Source of the DNA: Mustelus asterias
Lineage: Eukaryota
NCBI RefSeq assembly: GCF_964213995.1
Contig: NC_135817.1
Coordinates: forward strand, 70,928,001 to 70,992,000
Length of the DNA stretch: 64,000 nucleotides
Reading direction: 5' to 3'
Below the pieces are notes generated by a model. It saw only the letters and a list, made by a program, of their open reading frames with translations. It ran no database searches and was not told the origin of the DNA. Below are positions 35,953 to 48,904 of the stretch, piece by piece; positions within the stretch are counted from its first letter, which is position 1; every line of letters begins with the position of its first letter. Made by a program: the position numbers and the translations under genes.

Positions 35953-36777
35953 TAAGAAGTTTAACAACACCAGGTTAAAGTCCAACAGGTTTATTTGGTA
36001 GCAAAAGCCACAAACTTTCGGAGCCTTAAGCCCCTTCCTCAGGAATTCTGTTCACAAACAGGGCGGCACGGTAGCACAGTGGTAGCACAGGCGGCACAGT
36101 AGCACAGTGGTTAGCACTGCTGCTTCACAGCTCCAGGGACCTGGGTTTGATTCCCGGCTTGGGTCACTATCTGTGTGGAGTTTGCACATTCTCCTCGTGC
36201 CTGCGTGGGTTTCCTCCGGGTGCTCCGGTTTCCTCCCACTGTGCGGGTTAGGTTGATTGGCCATGCTAAAATTGCCCCTTAGTGTCCTGGGATGTGTAGA
36301 TTAGAGGGATTAGCGGGTAAAATATATGGGGGTAGGGCCTGGGTGGGATTGTGGTCGGTGCAGACTCGATGGGCCGAATGACCTCTTCTGTACTGTAGGG
36401 TTTCTATGATTTCTTTCTATGATGATGATATAAAGACACAAACTCAATTTACAGAATAATGGTTGGAATGCGAATACTTACAGCTAATCACGTCTTTAAG
36501 ATACAAACTTTAGCCTGTCTTGATGCTCTCTCCAGTCACATTGTTTGTATCTTAAAGACTTGATTAGCTGTAAGTATTCGCATTCCAACCATTATTCTGT
36601 AAATTGAGTTTGTGTCTTTATATGCCCTGTTTGTGAACAGAATTCCTGAGGAAGGGGCTTAAGGCTCCGAAAGCTTGTGGCTTTTGCTACCAAATAAACC
36701 TGTTGGAGTTTATCCTGGTGTTGTTAAACTTCTTACTGTGTTTACCCCAGTCCAACGCCGGCATCTCCACATCATGA
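35953..36777. mobile_element. Fold-back Penelope pLTR insertion with a nested HE1 SINE
   Basis: TSD CTCTGCAGATAG (35941-35952, 36778-36789). Inverted arms; SINE at 36061-36420 in the left arm. Confidence 0.8.
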
Positions 36778-36986
36778 CTCTGCAGATAGGTCATACATTT
36801 AAACCAATGACTATATAGGGGTAAAATTGCATGTTGCAATACAAGTTACAAAAGGTTACAATGGCTTAAATGAAGATATGCCTTTTTTGGGGAAGTATTT
36901 TAAATATGGTAAAACATCCCAAGATGATTCACAGGGGTGTTACATAAAACAAAAAAGTTGATTCTGAACAACAGTTGAGCTACAAT

Positions 36987-37287
36987 GGGTGGTACAGTAG
37001 CGCAGTGGTTAGCACTGCTGCCTCACAGCACCAGGGACCTGGATTCGATTCTCGGCTTGGGTCACTGTGTGTGTGGAGTTTGCACATTTTCCCCGTGTCT
37101 GTGTGGGTTTCTTCCGGGTGCACCGGTTTCCTCCCACACTCCGAAAGACGTGCTGGTTAGGTGCATTGGCTATGCTAAATTCGTCCTCAATGTACTCAAA
37201 CAGGCACCGGAGTGTGGCAACTAGGGGATTTTCACAGTAGCTTCATTGCAGTGTTAATGTAAGACTACCTGTGACTAATTAATAAAT
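36987..37287 (+). mobile_element. HE1-related SINE, alternative tail
   Basis: Head, core and tail. Confidence 0.88.
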
Positions 37288-37561
37288 TTATACAAGATAT
37301 TAAGACAGAAGACTACAAGCTCAGTCAAAGATATCTCAACCTAGTAAAAATTGTTAGTACTTTTGTTAAAGTAGATGTTCATGAATTTATTAATATTGGC
37401 AAGTTCATATGCAAGTATTGCATGTTGCAAGTTCAGTCGATCTCCTTTTAATCTTAATTTTCTTGGCTCACATATAACATTTACCAAGAGTGTACAAAAT
37501 CAAGGAAAGCATTACATTTCGACTGGCTCCCTCTGATGGACACATAATGCAGTTTTAAATA

Positions 37562-37857
37562 CAGGTTGAGTGCCCTCTATTCAAAACCCTCCGGGCCAAC
37601 TGAATCAGATCATTTTGATTTTTGGATATAATTACAATAACATTAGAGGCTAGCTAATGTCTAAAGGAAATAAAATGGCCAGAAATTCACTGAATAATAA
37701 ATGCAAGGTACCTGTGAGAAGTTTCTTTTTGGACATGTTCAGCACAAAAATGGCACGGTAACCAATTCAAACAACTACTTTTCCTGCGCTAAAGCTCGAT
37801 GAAGTTCAAAGAAAGTGGGGTCTTGGATATGTTCAGAATTATAGATAAAGGATACTC
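37562..37857 (+). mobile_element. Degraded Tigger/pogo-like MITE, right end cut by a Rex insertion
   Basis: TA-CAGGTTGAGTGCCCTCTATTC left end and GATAAAGGATACTC right end resemble Tigger4/MER46-type TIRs. Confidence 0.45.
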
Positions 37858-37867
37858 TCTACTTGGT

Positions 37868-38590
37868 CTATGTCAACAAAACGAAGGAGATTGTCATCGA
37901 CATCAGGAAGCGTAGTGGAGAACATGCCCCTGTCTACATCAACGGGGACGAAATAGAAAGGGTCGAGAGCTTCAAATTTTCAGATGTCCAGATCACCAAC
38001 AACATGTCCTGGTTCCGCCCCCCCCCCATGTTAAAAAAGGCCACCAACGCCTCTACGTTTTCAGAAGACTAAGTAAATTTGGCATGTCAGCTACGACTCT
38101 CACCAACCTTTACAGATGCGCCATAGGAAGCATTCTTTCTAGTGATATCACAGCTTGGTATGGCTCCTGCTCTGCCCAAGATCGCAAGAAACTACAAAAG
38201 GTCGTGAATGTAGCCCAATCCATCACGCAAACCAGCCTCCCATCCATGGACTCTGTCTACACTTCCCGTTGCCTCGGCAAAGCAGCCAGCATAATTAAGG
38301 ATACCACACACCCCAGACATTCACTCTTCCACCTTCTTCCATCAGGAAAAAGGTACAAAAGTCTGAGGTCACGTACCAACCGACTCAAGAACAGCTTCTT
38401 CCCTGCTGCCATCAGATTTTTGAATGAACCTACCTTGCATTAAGTTGATCTTTCTCTTCACCTTAGCTATAACTGTAACACTACATTCTGCACTCTCTCC
38501 TTTCCTTCTCTGGTTTGTCTGTGTAGCGTGCAAGAAACAATACTTTTCACTGTATTCTAATACATGTGACAATAATAAATCAAATCAAAC
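37868..38590 (+). mobile_element. Rex1/Babar-type LINE 3' fragment
   Basis: NKTKEIVID...ERVESFKF...LTNLYRCAIGSIL...; (ATCAA)n tail. Confidence 0.87.
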
Positions 38591-38797
38591 ATCACTGAGG
38601 TAGAAATTAAAATAGTGTGCTCAACAGACCATGAGATGCATACACGAGACCAGCCACCCCAATGGGAATATATTTTGTCAAATGAAATTCCTGCCTTATA
38701 TTTTAATAAAGTACTTTATCATCTCTTTTGTTATGAACCACCATGATAACTCTGCTTAGAAACACCATGTTGTTGATTTGTTGCACTATACATTGTA

Positions 38798-39110
38798 TAG
38801 AATCATAGAATCCCTACAGTACCGAAGGAGGCCATCCGGCCCATCGAGTCTGTACCGATCACAATCCCACCTAGGCCCTATTCCCGTAACCCCACACATT
38901 TATCCCGCTAATCCCCCTGACACTAGGGTCAATTTAGCATGGCCTATCAACCTGCACGTCTTTGGACTGTGGGAGGAAACCGGAACACCTGGAGGAAACC
39001 CACGCAGACACGAGGAGAAAGTGCAAATTCCACACAGACAACGACCCGAGGCCAGAATTGAACCCATGTCCCTGGCGCTGTGAGGCAGCAGTGCTAACCA
39101 CTGTGCAACC
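38798..39110 (-). mobile_element. HE1 SINE
   Basis: Core plus (TCTATGAT) tail, reversed. Confidence 0.88.
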
Positions 39111-40532
39111 CAAATAATCATTATATTTTTGCCTTGCCTCTTATATTCCATGTGTTGATTGCCCTATGTATGAAGAAGATTCTGCTAACAGTCCTAGATT
39201 TGCCTTTTCCTCATTGGATCAGTTGTCACCCTAGTTTTACTCTCATAACTTAGTTTGAAATAAATTTCCAGATTTACCTTTTATGCCATTTAGTGTCGTA
39301 TACCTCAATAAAATCACCTCTTGGACAACTTCTTTCCAGGCAATGGTTCTAAGCTCAAGGTGAGTGTCAGGCATCTTAGAATCAGTGTCATGACTCTTCG
39401 CAGCACTAGCTCCAGTATTTCAGTTTCTCTTGCATAACAGAACTGTTCACAGTACTCAAAAGGGGAGTTGCTTATGTACAACCAGCGCACAATACCATAG
39501 GATGACATGATTTCTATTCGACTGTTTTGGTCATCTAGTCTAGCATTTACCAATTTTATTGATTACTGTAAGGAGAGAAAAGAGCTAATGTTTTGAGTTC
39601 AGATGACAGCTTTGACAAAGGGTCATCTAGCCTCAAAACGTCAGCTCATTTCTCTCTTTACAGATGCTGCCAGACCTGCTGAGATTTTCCAGCATTTTCT
39701 CTTTTGGTTTCAGATTCCAGCATCCACAGTCATTTGCTTTTATTGATTACTGTTCTGCTTTTATTGGGATATGTGATATGTTATCTCCACTTTTTTTAGT
39801 TAAGTAAATGCAAAATCTTGCTTAATAAGTTCTATTGATTCAGAAATGCTAATTATTCATACCTTGTTAGATCAGGCACAATTGAGGGTCTGAGTGTTAG
39901 AAACTTAGAGATTTTAATTAGAAGGGTTTCATACCTCAACCTTAATATCCTACAACTATAATCATGCTTAAGAAAAACAATTTGAATGAGGTATGCCCTC
40001 CATTAATAATGTAGAAATAACTAAGGATGGCGCCATAAGGATGATAACATAGAAACCCCTTGTCCTCAAGTTCCTAGGATTCCTTGACCATTGCCTGCAC
40101 AGCGATGTCTTTCTCTTCTTCTGTCTCTGAAGTGATGTTGCACTGTGTCTCAATCATACTACAGAAGCTGTGCATTAAAAAAGACTTCAATTTTCCAACT
40201 TTTACCCCCACTTCCCATTTTTCCAGAATTCCACGTTTGAAAATAGTCCAAATTCACCTCTTCCATTGGCTTAGGTTGCAGGTCATCTTTTGTCACCCCA
40301 CTGTGTGACTAGAGTCATGTAGACTGAAGACAAATTTTTTATTACCTACAGTACCCAGAGTTTACACTATTAAGAACATTAATTCCCATTAAGAACAAAT
40401 GTCAATAATACTTCCTACTACAATACCTAAACTGAAAGAAAAGTTTCCGTCTAATACAGATGTTCTACGCTACAAATATGGTTAATCAATTATATCAATG
40501 CATAGTTCAAAGATAGTGTCATCCTAAGTAAA

Positions 40533-40830
40533 CTCTACAAAGTTATGAGAGGCATGGATAGTCAGAGGGTTTTCCCAGGGTGGAAAGGTCAACTATAAGA
40601 GGGCACAGGTTTATGGTGAGAGATGGTAAGTTTAGGGGAGATGGGAAAGTTTTTCACAGAGGGTGGTGGGTGCCTGGAACACACTGCCAGTGGAGGTGGC
40701 GGAAGCTGGGATGTTAGCAATGTTCAAGATGTATCTTGATAGACACATGAACAGGAGGCAAACAGAGGGATATTGGCACAGGCTTGATGGGCCAAAGGGC
40801 CTGTTCCTTGTGCAGTATTGTTCTTTATTG
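40533..40830 (+). mobile_element. CR1 3' fragment
   Basis: VVGAWNTLP...FKMYLDRHM and CR1 3'UTR (gggccaaagggcctgtt). Confidence 0.75.
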
Positions 40831-41280
40831 TCTTTGTTCTTTCAACCATTTCTTCAAAGCTGATAAAAATACTCTTAATTGCCAAAAATACAATTACGAC
40901 AACATTCAATTGCTCGAACGCAGACTCGGGCAACATGGTCATAAAATACATTGTGTACTTTTTCACAAGCAACAGCTGCCGTCCTGTATAGTGTCCCAGT
41001 CCCAACTAGCAGAAATTCAAAAGGAATGATTGAAAAAGTGGTTAAAAATAAAATCCATTGATAATACGTCAGACCAACAATGAACCCTAAAAATGAATCA
41101 CATTATCAGAATCTTAAAATGTCCTCAGGAACCCTAGTCATTTCCAGCATTTTCTATTTTTATTCCAGACTTACAGCTGCTTATTTAACTTTCCTATTTA
41201 TTGTTATAGTTTTCAACTTAGATGTATGTTTTCTGTGAATTCTATAAGGTTTGCTAAAGTGTACTTTGTTCAACTTACAG

Positions 41281-41406
41281 TCTCAGCCCCAAGAATGCAA
41301 GAGGAAACGTCAAAATGGGAACATATTTGGGCACTTTTGGCTGCTGCATTGAGTGTTGTTCTGCTTATTGTGGTACTGCTGTATCAAGCGATTTCTGTTC
41401 AATGCG
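41281..41406 (+). CDS. HHLA2: HHLA2 stalk/transmembrane exon (may read through to TAG at 41429)
   Basis: caacttacAG|TC TCA, phase 1. VSAPRMQEETSKWEHIWALLAAALSVVLLIVVLLYQAISVQC contains a TM helix. Possible donor G|gtaata at 41407. Confidence 0.8.
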
Positions 41407-41435
41407 GTAATAATTTGACTGATTTGTAGCAGTGT

Positions 41436-41441
41436 AATAAA
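41436..41441 (+). terminator. Candidate HHLA2 poly(A) signal immediately after the read-through stop
   Basis: AATAAA 7 nt after TAG 41427-41429. Confidence 0.3.
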
Positions 41442-43007
41442 GATAGATTTTTTAAAACAAAGCCATAACTGTGGTATAAATACAATTAAAGCCATAATGC
41501 CAGGTCATTAGCACACTTAACCTGCTAAATACGCTTGTTAAACGCACCTTTTGTTAAGTCTTGAAAGTTTACATTAAAGACATGGCTGAAACATGCTATG
41601 CACATGGGTCCTGTGGCACATTCAATAGATGTGAAATTTTGTGGACCAGATGACTGGTCAGCTGCCTAAGTCACTATAAGGTGCTAATTTCACATTATGG
41701 TAGATTGCTCCAGTGACATACCACTAATTACGTGAAACTGTACCCAAGGCAGCTCTGTGGAAGTGTGCTTCATACACAATTCTCCTGAACAGCTGTCATC
41801 ACTTTAGATGATGCTGAGATTGTGCAACAAGTGGGCATTAAAATATTAGGAATCTACATTGAAAGTGACCTCAAATACGATTGCCAAGTGTGTGAAATGC
41901 TTAAGAGAGCAAATGGAAGACTTTACATGCTACAGCTTCGCAAACATCACAACATATTTCAAATTGACTTAATCAGTATTCAATAGCTCCAAAGATTCAC
42001 TGTTGAATATGCAGTGCCGGTTTGGATGCTGGACATATCAAAGGGCATGTGAACAAATTTAATGGTTCAGAAACTAGGCACTGAAACGGATCCCAGGGAA
42101 TGCCTACCAAAGCTGTCACACTAACAACAAAATAAGTGTTCCTTTGCTGAAAGGCAGAAGAAGTTCTCATTAGACTTCACAAGCAAATTTGAATCTCACT
42201 GCTCATTGTCACCATCTCTTGCCAAAAACACACAAAAAGTAGATGTGCTATAGAACAGAGAAAATATACCATTCCACAAATAAGATAAAGAATGAATAAA
42301 GTATAAGGCAGCCCAATCATAAAATTTATAAATAGTATATAAATAATTGATTATCTAATGAACTCAACCTGACAATATGATCTGTGGACTTTAATAGAAA
42401 ATGCAGTGCAATAGATCTTGCATTTCTGTGTGTAAATTGAGATATATATTTTGTAATGCACCATGATTAATTGTATGCTGAAAAATTGATATGTCAATCC
42501 TTTTATTTATATCATTTTTATTTTAATGATTGTCTATAAATTGGTTAGAAGTTAGGATTGCTTGTTTTATTTGTATATCATCACACTTTTTGTTCATGTC
42601 ATGATTATTTTTTCATAAACCACTGGATAGAGAAAAATCATTTAATGTACTGGCTCCTGATCATTTTCCAGTGACCTCAACTAAACATACCTAGACACAA
42701 GATAGTCAAGCTCAGACTGAGCTGCGGCAAATTAATTCATCAACACTGACCATCAATGCTCTCACATGAATAAATCACTTGGTTAAGGTGCTAAAACGTA
42801 ATTTACACCAGTAGTATATCCCATCAAAGAATTCCAAGGGCAAGGTGAATTTTACCTGGACTTTGAAAGCAAACAGTTACTGAATTTAGACTGGCCCCAT
42901 CACATTGATATCAGTCAGCATATCATCCACACCATATTTATATGAAAAAACTTCAAGATATGCCCACAAACCTACCAATTACCCAACCTCTGCTGTTGAA
43001 CATAAAG

Positions 43008-43131
43008 TTTGCACTGTTTGAGAACAGATATCCACTCCATCTGACGAAGGAGCTGTGCTCCGAAAGCTTATGGTATTTGCTACCAAATAAACCTGTTGGA
43101 CTTTAACCTGGTGTTGTGAGACTTCTTACTG
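43008..43131 (+). mobile_element. Penelope pLTR fragment with hammerhead motif
   Basis: TSD TGTTGAACATAAAG (42994-43007, 43132-43145); CTGACGA...GAAA. Confidence 0.75.
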
Positions 43132-43674
43132 TGTTGAACATAAAGACAGCTATGGTGCTTGAAGCGCTGTCACCATTTATGAAACTACTTAGCTCAATTG
43201 TTGCAGCTCTGCGTGTAAACTTTACCAAGAGATTCTGAATGGTTCAGAATGCTGAACCGTTTATTTTGTCAATGATGAGTTATTCATCGAATTCCTCGTT
43301 AGTCTCGGCACAAATGGACATGTGGCTCCTTCTGTAAATTGCAGAAAATGTATAGGATATGTTGTGCATTACTGTGCATATTTAGCTTTCTCCACTAGAG
43401 CAGGAGACAGTCAAAAACATTACTGCCTGTTGAGTTTAGAGCATTAAAGTCATTCTGTTCAGCAATATTCCCACTCTCTGGTCATTTTAACTCTTGAAGT
43501 CACAGATTGATCAAATTTATTGGATTCAGATTTGTGCATCTTTCAGAGGGGGATCAAACCACTCGATTAAAATATCCTACATAATTGACAAACCAAGCTT
43601 TTTCCAAGCAACAGACTTGATTAAAAATTATATCCGAGGTGAAAATGCTTCAAGTCTGTAAGAGTTGTCGATAG

Positions 43675-44520
43675 GAAGAAGGTCTTAGGCTACAGATTGA
43701 TATTGATCAGGTGGGAAATTTGGCAGAGCAATGGCAGTGGTATTTAATCCTGATAAGTGTGAGATGATGCATTTTGGGAAGTCTTATAAGGGTAGTATGT
43801 ACACAATGAACAGTAGGTCCCTACCGCAGTATTGAGGAGCAAATGGACCTTGGTATACAAGCCCATAGATCCTTGACGTGGCAGCACAGGTCGAGAGAGT
43901 GAAGGAGGCCTACAGAATGTTTGCCTTCGTTAACCAGGCACAGAATGTAGGAGCTGGGAGTTCTTGGTACAATCTTATTGGTTAGGCAACAAATGGAATA
44001 TTGTATACGTTTCTGGTCACCACACTATCAGAATGACATGATTACATTCGAGGGGATGCAGGGGGGATTCACCAGGATGTTGCCTGGGATGGAAAGTTTC
44101 AGCTATGAGGAGACTGGATAGGCTGGGTTTGTTTTCCCTGGAGCAGGGGAGGTTGAGGGGGATCTGATAAAGGTATACAAAGTTATGAGGGGCGTAGATA
44201 GAGTAGATTGTAAGAATCTTTTCCCTATGCCAGAGGTGTCCAAGGACAGAGAGCATAGGTTTAAGGTGAGGCGCAAGTGGTTTAGAGGAAAAGAACTTTC
44301 ATCCAGCGGATGGTGAAATTACAGAATGCGCCACATGAGGGGTTGGTGGAGGCAGTTACTCCTGCAACATTTAAAGAGCATCTGGATGAGTACTCAAATT
44401 GTCAAGGCCATAATAGGCTATGGACCAAATGCTGGTAAATGGGATGAACATAGATTGGCATTTAATAGTCGGCATAGACTTGGTGGGCCGAAGGGCCCGT
44501 TTCTGTGCTGTATGAGTCTA
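43675..44520 (+). mobile_element. Degraded CR1 3' fragment
   Basis: FNPDKCEMMHFG, FTRMLPG and GDLIKVYK remnants plus 3'UTR. Confidence 0.8.
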
Positions 44521-45856
44521 GGAATAGTACCATGAAATGATTCTGTGTACAGCTTCGTAGACAAAGCCTCCAATAACAAGCTTTTTAAAATTCATTTATG
44601 GGATGTGGGGCCAGCACCTTTTTCCCCCATCCCTAATTACCCTCGAGAAAATGGTGGTGAGCTGTCTTCTTGAACCACTGCAGTCCCTGTAGAAATAGTA
44701 AAGTAGTAAAATAGCAACGTAAGATGCAAAGGGTAGTGGTGCTGGGAATGTTAAAACCAGGTAAACAGCAGCAAGTCAGGAATCCAGTTCCTTCACTTTT
44801 GACTCGAGCATTAGGCTGTGCGCACCCAACTCCCTCAGGAGAGGCAGCTTGGCAAGTAAACATATTAATTGCTAAATTACTGATATTTACAGACTTTTCA
44901 ATTTATCCATGGGCTTCCTGAAACTAGCTGGTTAAAGCAAGATTAGAACATGGTAGCAAGTGAGTTAGAAATATAGCACATGGAAATATAGGTTCAGGTG
45001 CCAGAGTGTGGCGACTAGGGTATTTTCACAGTAACTTCATTGTGGTGTTAATGTAAGCCTACTTGTGACACTAATAAATAAAACTTTAAACAATAAATAT
45101 TCCATACTCACAGCTGTTTTCTTACCTGCAAGTGGGAAAGCATGTTTAAAGTAATTTTGCTGAATGTACTTATTATACTTGAAGCTTTGTTCTATCAGAA
45201 TGAGTGATATTTTGATAAAAGCAAATTACTGTGGATGCTGAACCAAATAAAAACAGAAAATGTTGGAAAAATCTCAGCAGGTCTGGCAGCATCTGTGGAG
45301 AGAGAATAGAGGCAACATTTCCAGTCAGGATGATTCAGACTTGAAATGTAGGCAGTTCTCTCTCCACAGATGCTGTCAGACCATCTGAGATTTTCCAGCA
45401 TTTTCTGTTTTTGAGTGATATTTTGTTTGCCTTATATTTACCTGTCACTGGCAAAGTCACGTACACACTTAGCATTTTTGCCTTGGATCATTCTGCTGAT
45501 AACATATTCATGCTCTCCAAATTTGCAGCCCACAAACACACTATTAGTTTCCAGGGACATCAATTATATTAACATTGCCTGCAGCGATGCTAACTACAGT
45601 AAGCAAGTGTTTGGGTTTGCAGCTCTGGATAGATTCACACACATACAATGCATCAAATGTAAACAGCAAATCAGAACACCCCAGATCAGAAGTATTCATT
45701 AGCTGGCAACAGATTCCATAATGTGTAACCCACAAAAGGATAACTCTGCAGTTGTGCACAAGGTTTCTGAGGAGCTACCAAAACGGTTTCATTTTGCACT
45801 AGCCCTGGTCCCCTGACTTCATCAGACTTAAGCACACTAAAAGGGTAACTTCTAGA

Positions 45857-46485
45857 AGTTTTCCGGTGTCCAGATCACCAACAACCTGTCCTGGTCCCTT
45901 CATGCGGACAGTCTAGTTAAGGAAGCCCACCAACGCCTCTACTTTCTCAGGAGACTAAGGAAATTTGACATGTCCACTACAACTCTCACCAACTTCTACA
46001 GATGCACCATAGAAAGCATTCTTTCCGGTTGTATCACAGCTTGGCATGGCTCCTGCTCTGTCCAAAACTGCAAGAAACTACAAAAGGGTCATGAACGAAG
46101 CCCAGTCCATCACTCAAACCAGCCTTCCATCCATTGACACTGCCAACACTTCCCGCTGCCTCGACAAAGCAGCCACCATAATCAAGGACCTCATGCACTC
46201 CAGACATACTCTTCCAGCTTCTTGTGTCGGGAAAAAGATACAAAAGTCTGAGGACACGTACCAAACAGCTCAAAAGCATCTTCTCCCTGCTGCCATCAGA
46301 CTTTTGAACGGACCTACCTTGCATTAAGTTGATCTTTATCTACACCCTAGCTATGACTGTAACACTACATTCTGCACTGTCTCCTTTCCTTCTCTATGTA
46401 CGGTATGCTTTGTCTGTATAGCGTGCAAGAAACCATACTTTCCACTGTATGCTAATACATATGACAATAATAAAATAAAATCAAA
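45857..46485 (+). mobile_element. Rex1/Babar-type LINE 3' fragment
   Basis: Same family as 37868-38590. Confidence 0.85.
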
Positions 46486-47819
46486 ATGAGGCAAAACCAT
46501 TTAAACCTTGGCTGATAACATTTAGCAGAAACTCAACCATTGAAGCACAACAGTGCTACAGTATATATGACTGACCAACAGATCAGTGATCATACATGCC
46601 ACGAGCAAGTTAAAGATGCACTTCATGTGTTTATGATGTGGAGACAGATTTGGAGAAACCCTTTGATATGCACCATCCAGGATCTCCAGAATAGTCATGG
46701 TTTACTGAACTCTGCACAATGTTGTGCAGAAGCAAGCTTTGGATCTCAAGGGGAACCTTGGTGAGCTCAGATCCTCTATTGCCAATTTTGAAGAGGCATG
46801 GGTGAGGTGATGAGATGCATCACCAGCTGCTCACGTCACTGCCTATGATGCCCTTATTAATACAACATTCATTTGGATTGTACTAACAGACCCCCGTCAC
46901 AAGTATTCAATGGAACTCTCCACAATGTAACCGACACAAATCATTCTTAGTTGACATCCTCAGGGTTTAGAGCCAGTGAGGGTTCCACTGAAGCTTGTGC
47001 AGGGGCAAACCAAACTAACAAAAGGGAAGGCATGTTAGCTAATGGCTGAAGTGGTAGCACCAAGCGAAGTTCCAACATCAGTGTATGCATTTGCCATTGT
47101 CCCTCTTGCAGTAATCCTATCAATATTGGAGAGCACTTTTGGATGCTGCAAGAAACAAGACAAAGTTGTCATCTTATTTGTGTTGTCAGACATATTGATA
47201 TCCAGAGTCTGCACAATTATATTTAAGGTGCGCATGTTTTTTAAAAATTAAATACATAAATTCCATGGTGCTGGCCACTCTATCCACAGAAGAGCACATC
47301 TTAATGTATCTGAAACATTAACCCTGCCTGCTCTTCACACATTATTTGCTGTTCATGCTCTCAATAATTCTTTTCTATAACAATCTATGGGATACGGCAA
47401 CTACGGTCTGCTGAGCAAGCTTGGAGAGGCTGTACTCTCACGTAAAATTCCCACTGCTGTCTGTGCCACCACTACCTATTGTTGTTCACTTGTGAACTCT
47501 GTCTACAAGGTCTCACCAAAGTGAGTATTTGATCTGGTGCATGGCATGGTCAATGAAATGAGTTTCAGGGAAAGGCATAAAATTGTACAGGGGTGAGAGA
47601 GTGGGAGTGAGGTGAAGAAGTGCAAAGCCAGAGGACGGATGGGCATGAAAGACAAGAAGAACTTCAACAATACATTTGCAGCTTTACTGAGATTAAGAAA
47701 ATTTTCCTTGAAAGTATAAACACTAGCCTTCTGAGAAGAAAACAAAGTTTGAGCATATACAAATGTGGCATAAACCATAGTCTGCATTCAATTTTAAGCA
47801 TATTTTAATTTGAAAAAAG

Positions 47820-47825
47820 TTTATT
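47820..47825 (-). terminator. Candidate CIP2A polyadenylation signal AATAAA
   Basis: tttatt on +, about 0.9 kb past the stop codon, at the end of an AT-rich repeat-free 3'UTR-like stretch. Confidence 0.35.
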
Positions 47826-48733
47826 TCGTATGAGGAAAAGAAAGAAATTAAAATGTGTAATAGAATTGCATGGCTGTATATAACCAACTGAAAATTAGAC
47901 AGTACATATAGAGATGACAGCATAATTAAAACATTATCAAAATTCATTACAAAGGTGAACAGGAAGCAAAAAAGTGACTGGAATGTGCAAGTGCAGTGAT
48001 TTTTTAGTAGATTAATGTTGGTTATTTTGAACCCAAAATCTGCAAATCGATTTCTTTTTAAATTTGGAGCAGTGTTTTCCCAATTTGGTCAGGGACATTC
48101 ATAAAAACATTGAAAAAAAAAACATTTCCATACATTTACATTGTGCTATTCATTAGCTTATGCACAGTTTTTTTATGATCAAGATAAAATGAACTGCTGC
48201 TTTATAGCTGATGCATTTCAGAATCCAGGACAGCAACAAGACAACTGAATTGCACCTACTATTAACATAATTTGAAAGTTCTAGTTTTGCATTCTTCTCA
48301 CTAGGACACACAGTTGCTCAAGTATGAGACAGCTATCTTCCAATGTCAAAGTTATATTGACTCAAAAGATACAGTACTAACCAAAAAGAGTACATGTCTT
48401 GACCTGAACTATCTATGCAGTTAGTCAGTTTATGGCTAAAGGATGTAACACGCTACATGTTGAGCTGGATAATGCAGTCAGAAATAGTTTTGAACTATTA
48501 CACTAAATTTAACTACAAATACTACCAAGTTCTTGCCAGTAAATGTGCTCAAAACAGTTCAATTCAGATCTTAGCAATATCAAACATTCACTTTCAAAGG
48601 AAAATGTAAAAAAATTTAATGGTGACAAATTTTTGATTAAAAGTATAGGTGGGATATATAATGCATCAGATGCAAGGACTACAAACAAATATTGGAGTCA
48701 ATCCCCATTTCTCTCAACAATAAAATCACAAAG

Positions 48734-48904
48734 CTACAGACTGAGGTTTACTGTATTTGACTGTAGTTTGCTACTACTCAGACTGTGAATCATTGCTATC
48801 ATCTGAGAGTGCTTGTTGAGTTCATCCTGTTGGGCTTGGACAAGGGCTTCTTTTTGTTGCAATCGTGCTTCTACCTGGGATTTTTGCACTTCTAGAGATG
48901 ACAA
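48734..48904 (-). CDS. CIP2A: CIP2A last coding exon
   Basis: ctgcAG|[56 protein letters not shown] matches the human C-terminus ...[29 protein letters not shown]. Confidence 0.96.
   Translation of the reverse strand: MSSLEVQKSQVEARLQQKEALVQAQQDELNKHSQMIAMIHSLSSSKLQSNTVNLSL

Noticed and set aside
41800-42300. Additional coding exon
   Set aside because: Looks like a decayed LINE RT C-terminus (ILGIYI...EYAVPVW) with stops and frameshifts.
47620-47808. HHLA2 cytoplasmic exon
   Set aside because: An in-frame stop lies just upstream (47608) and no phase-compatible acceptor was found.
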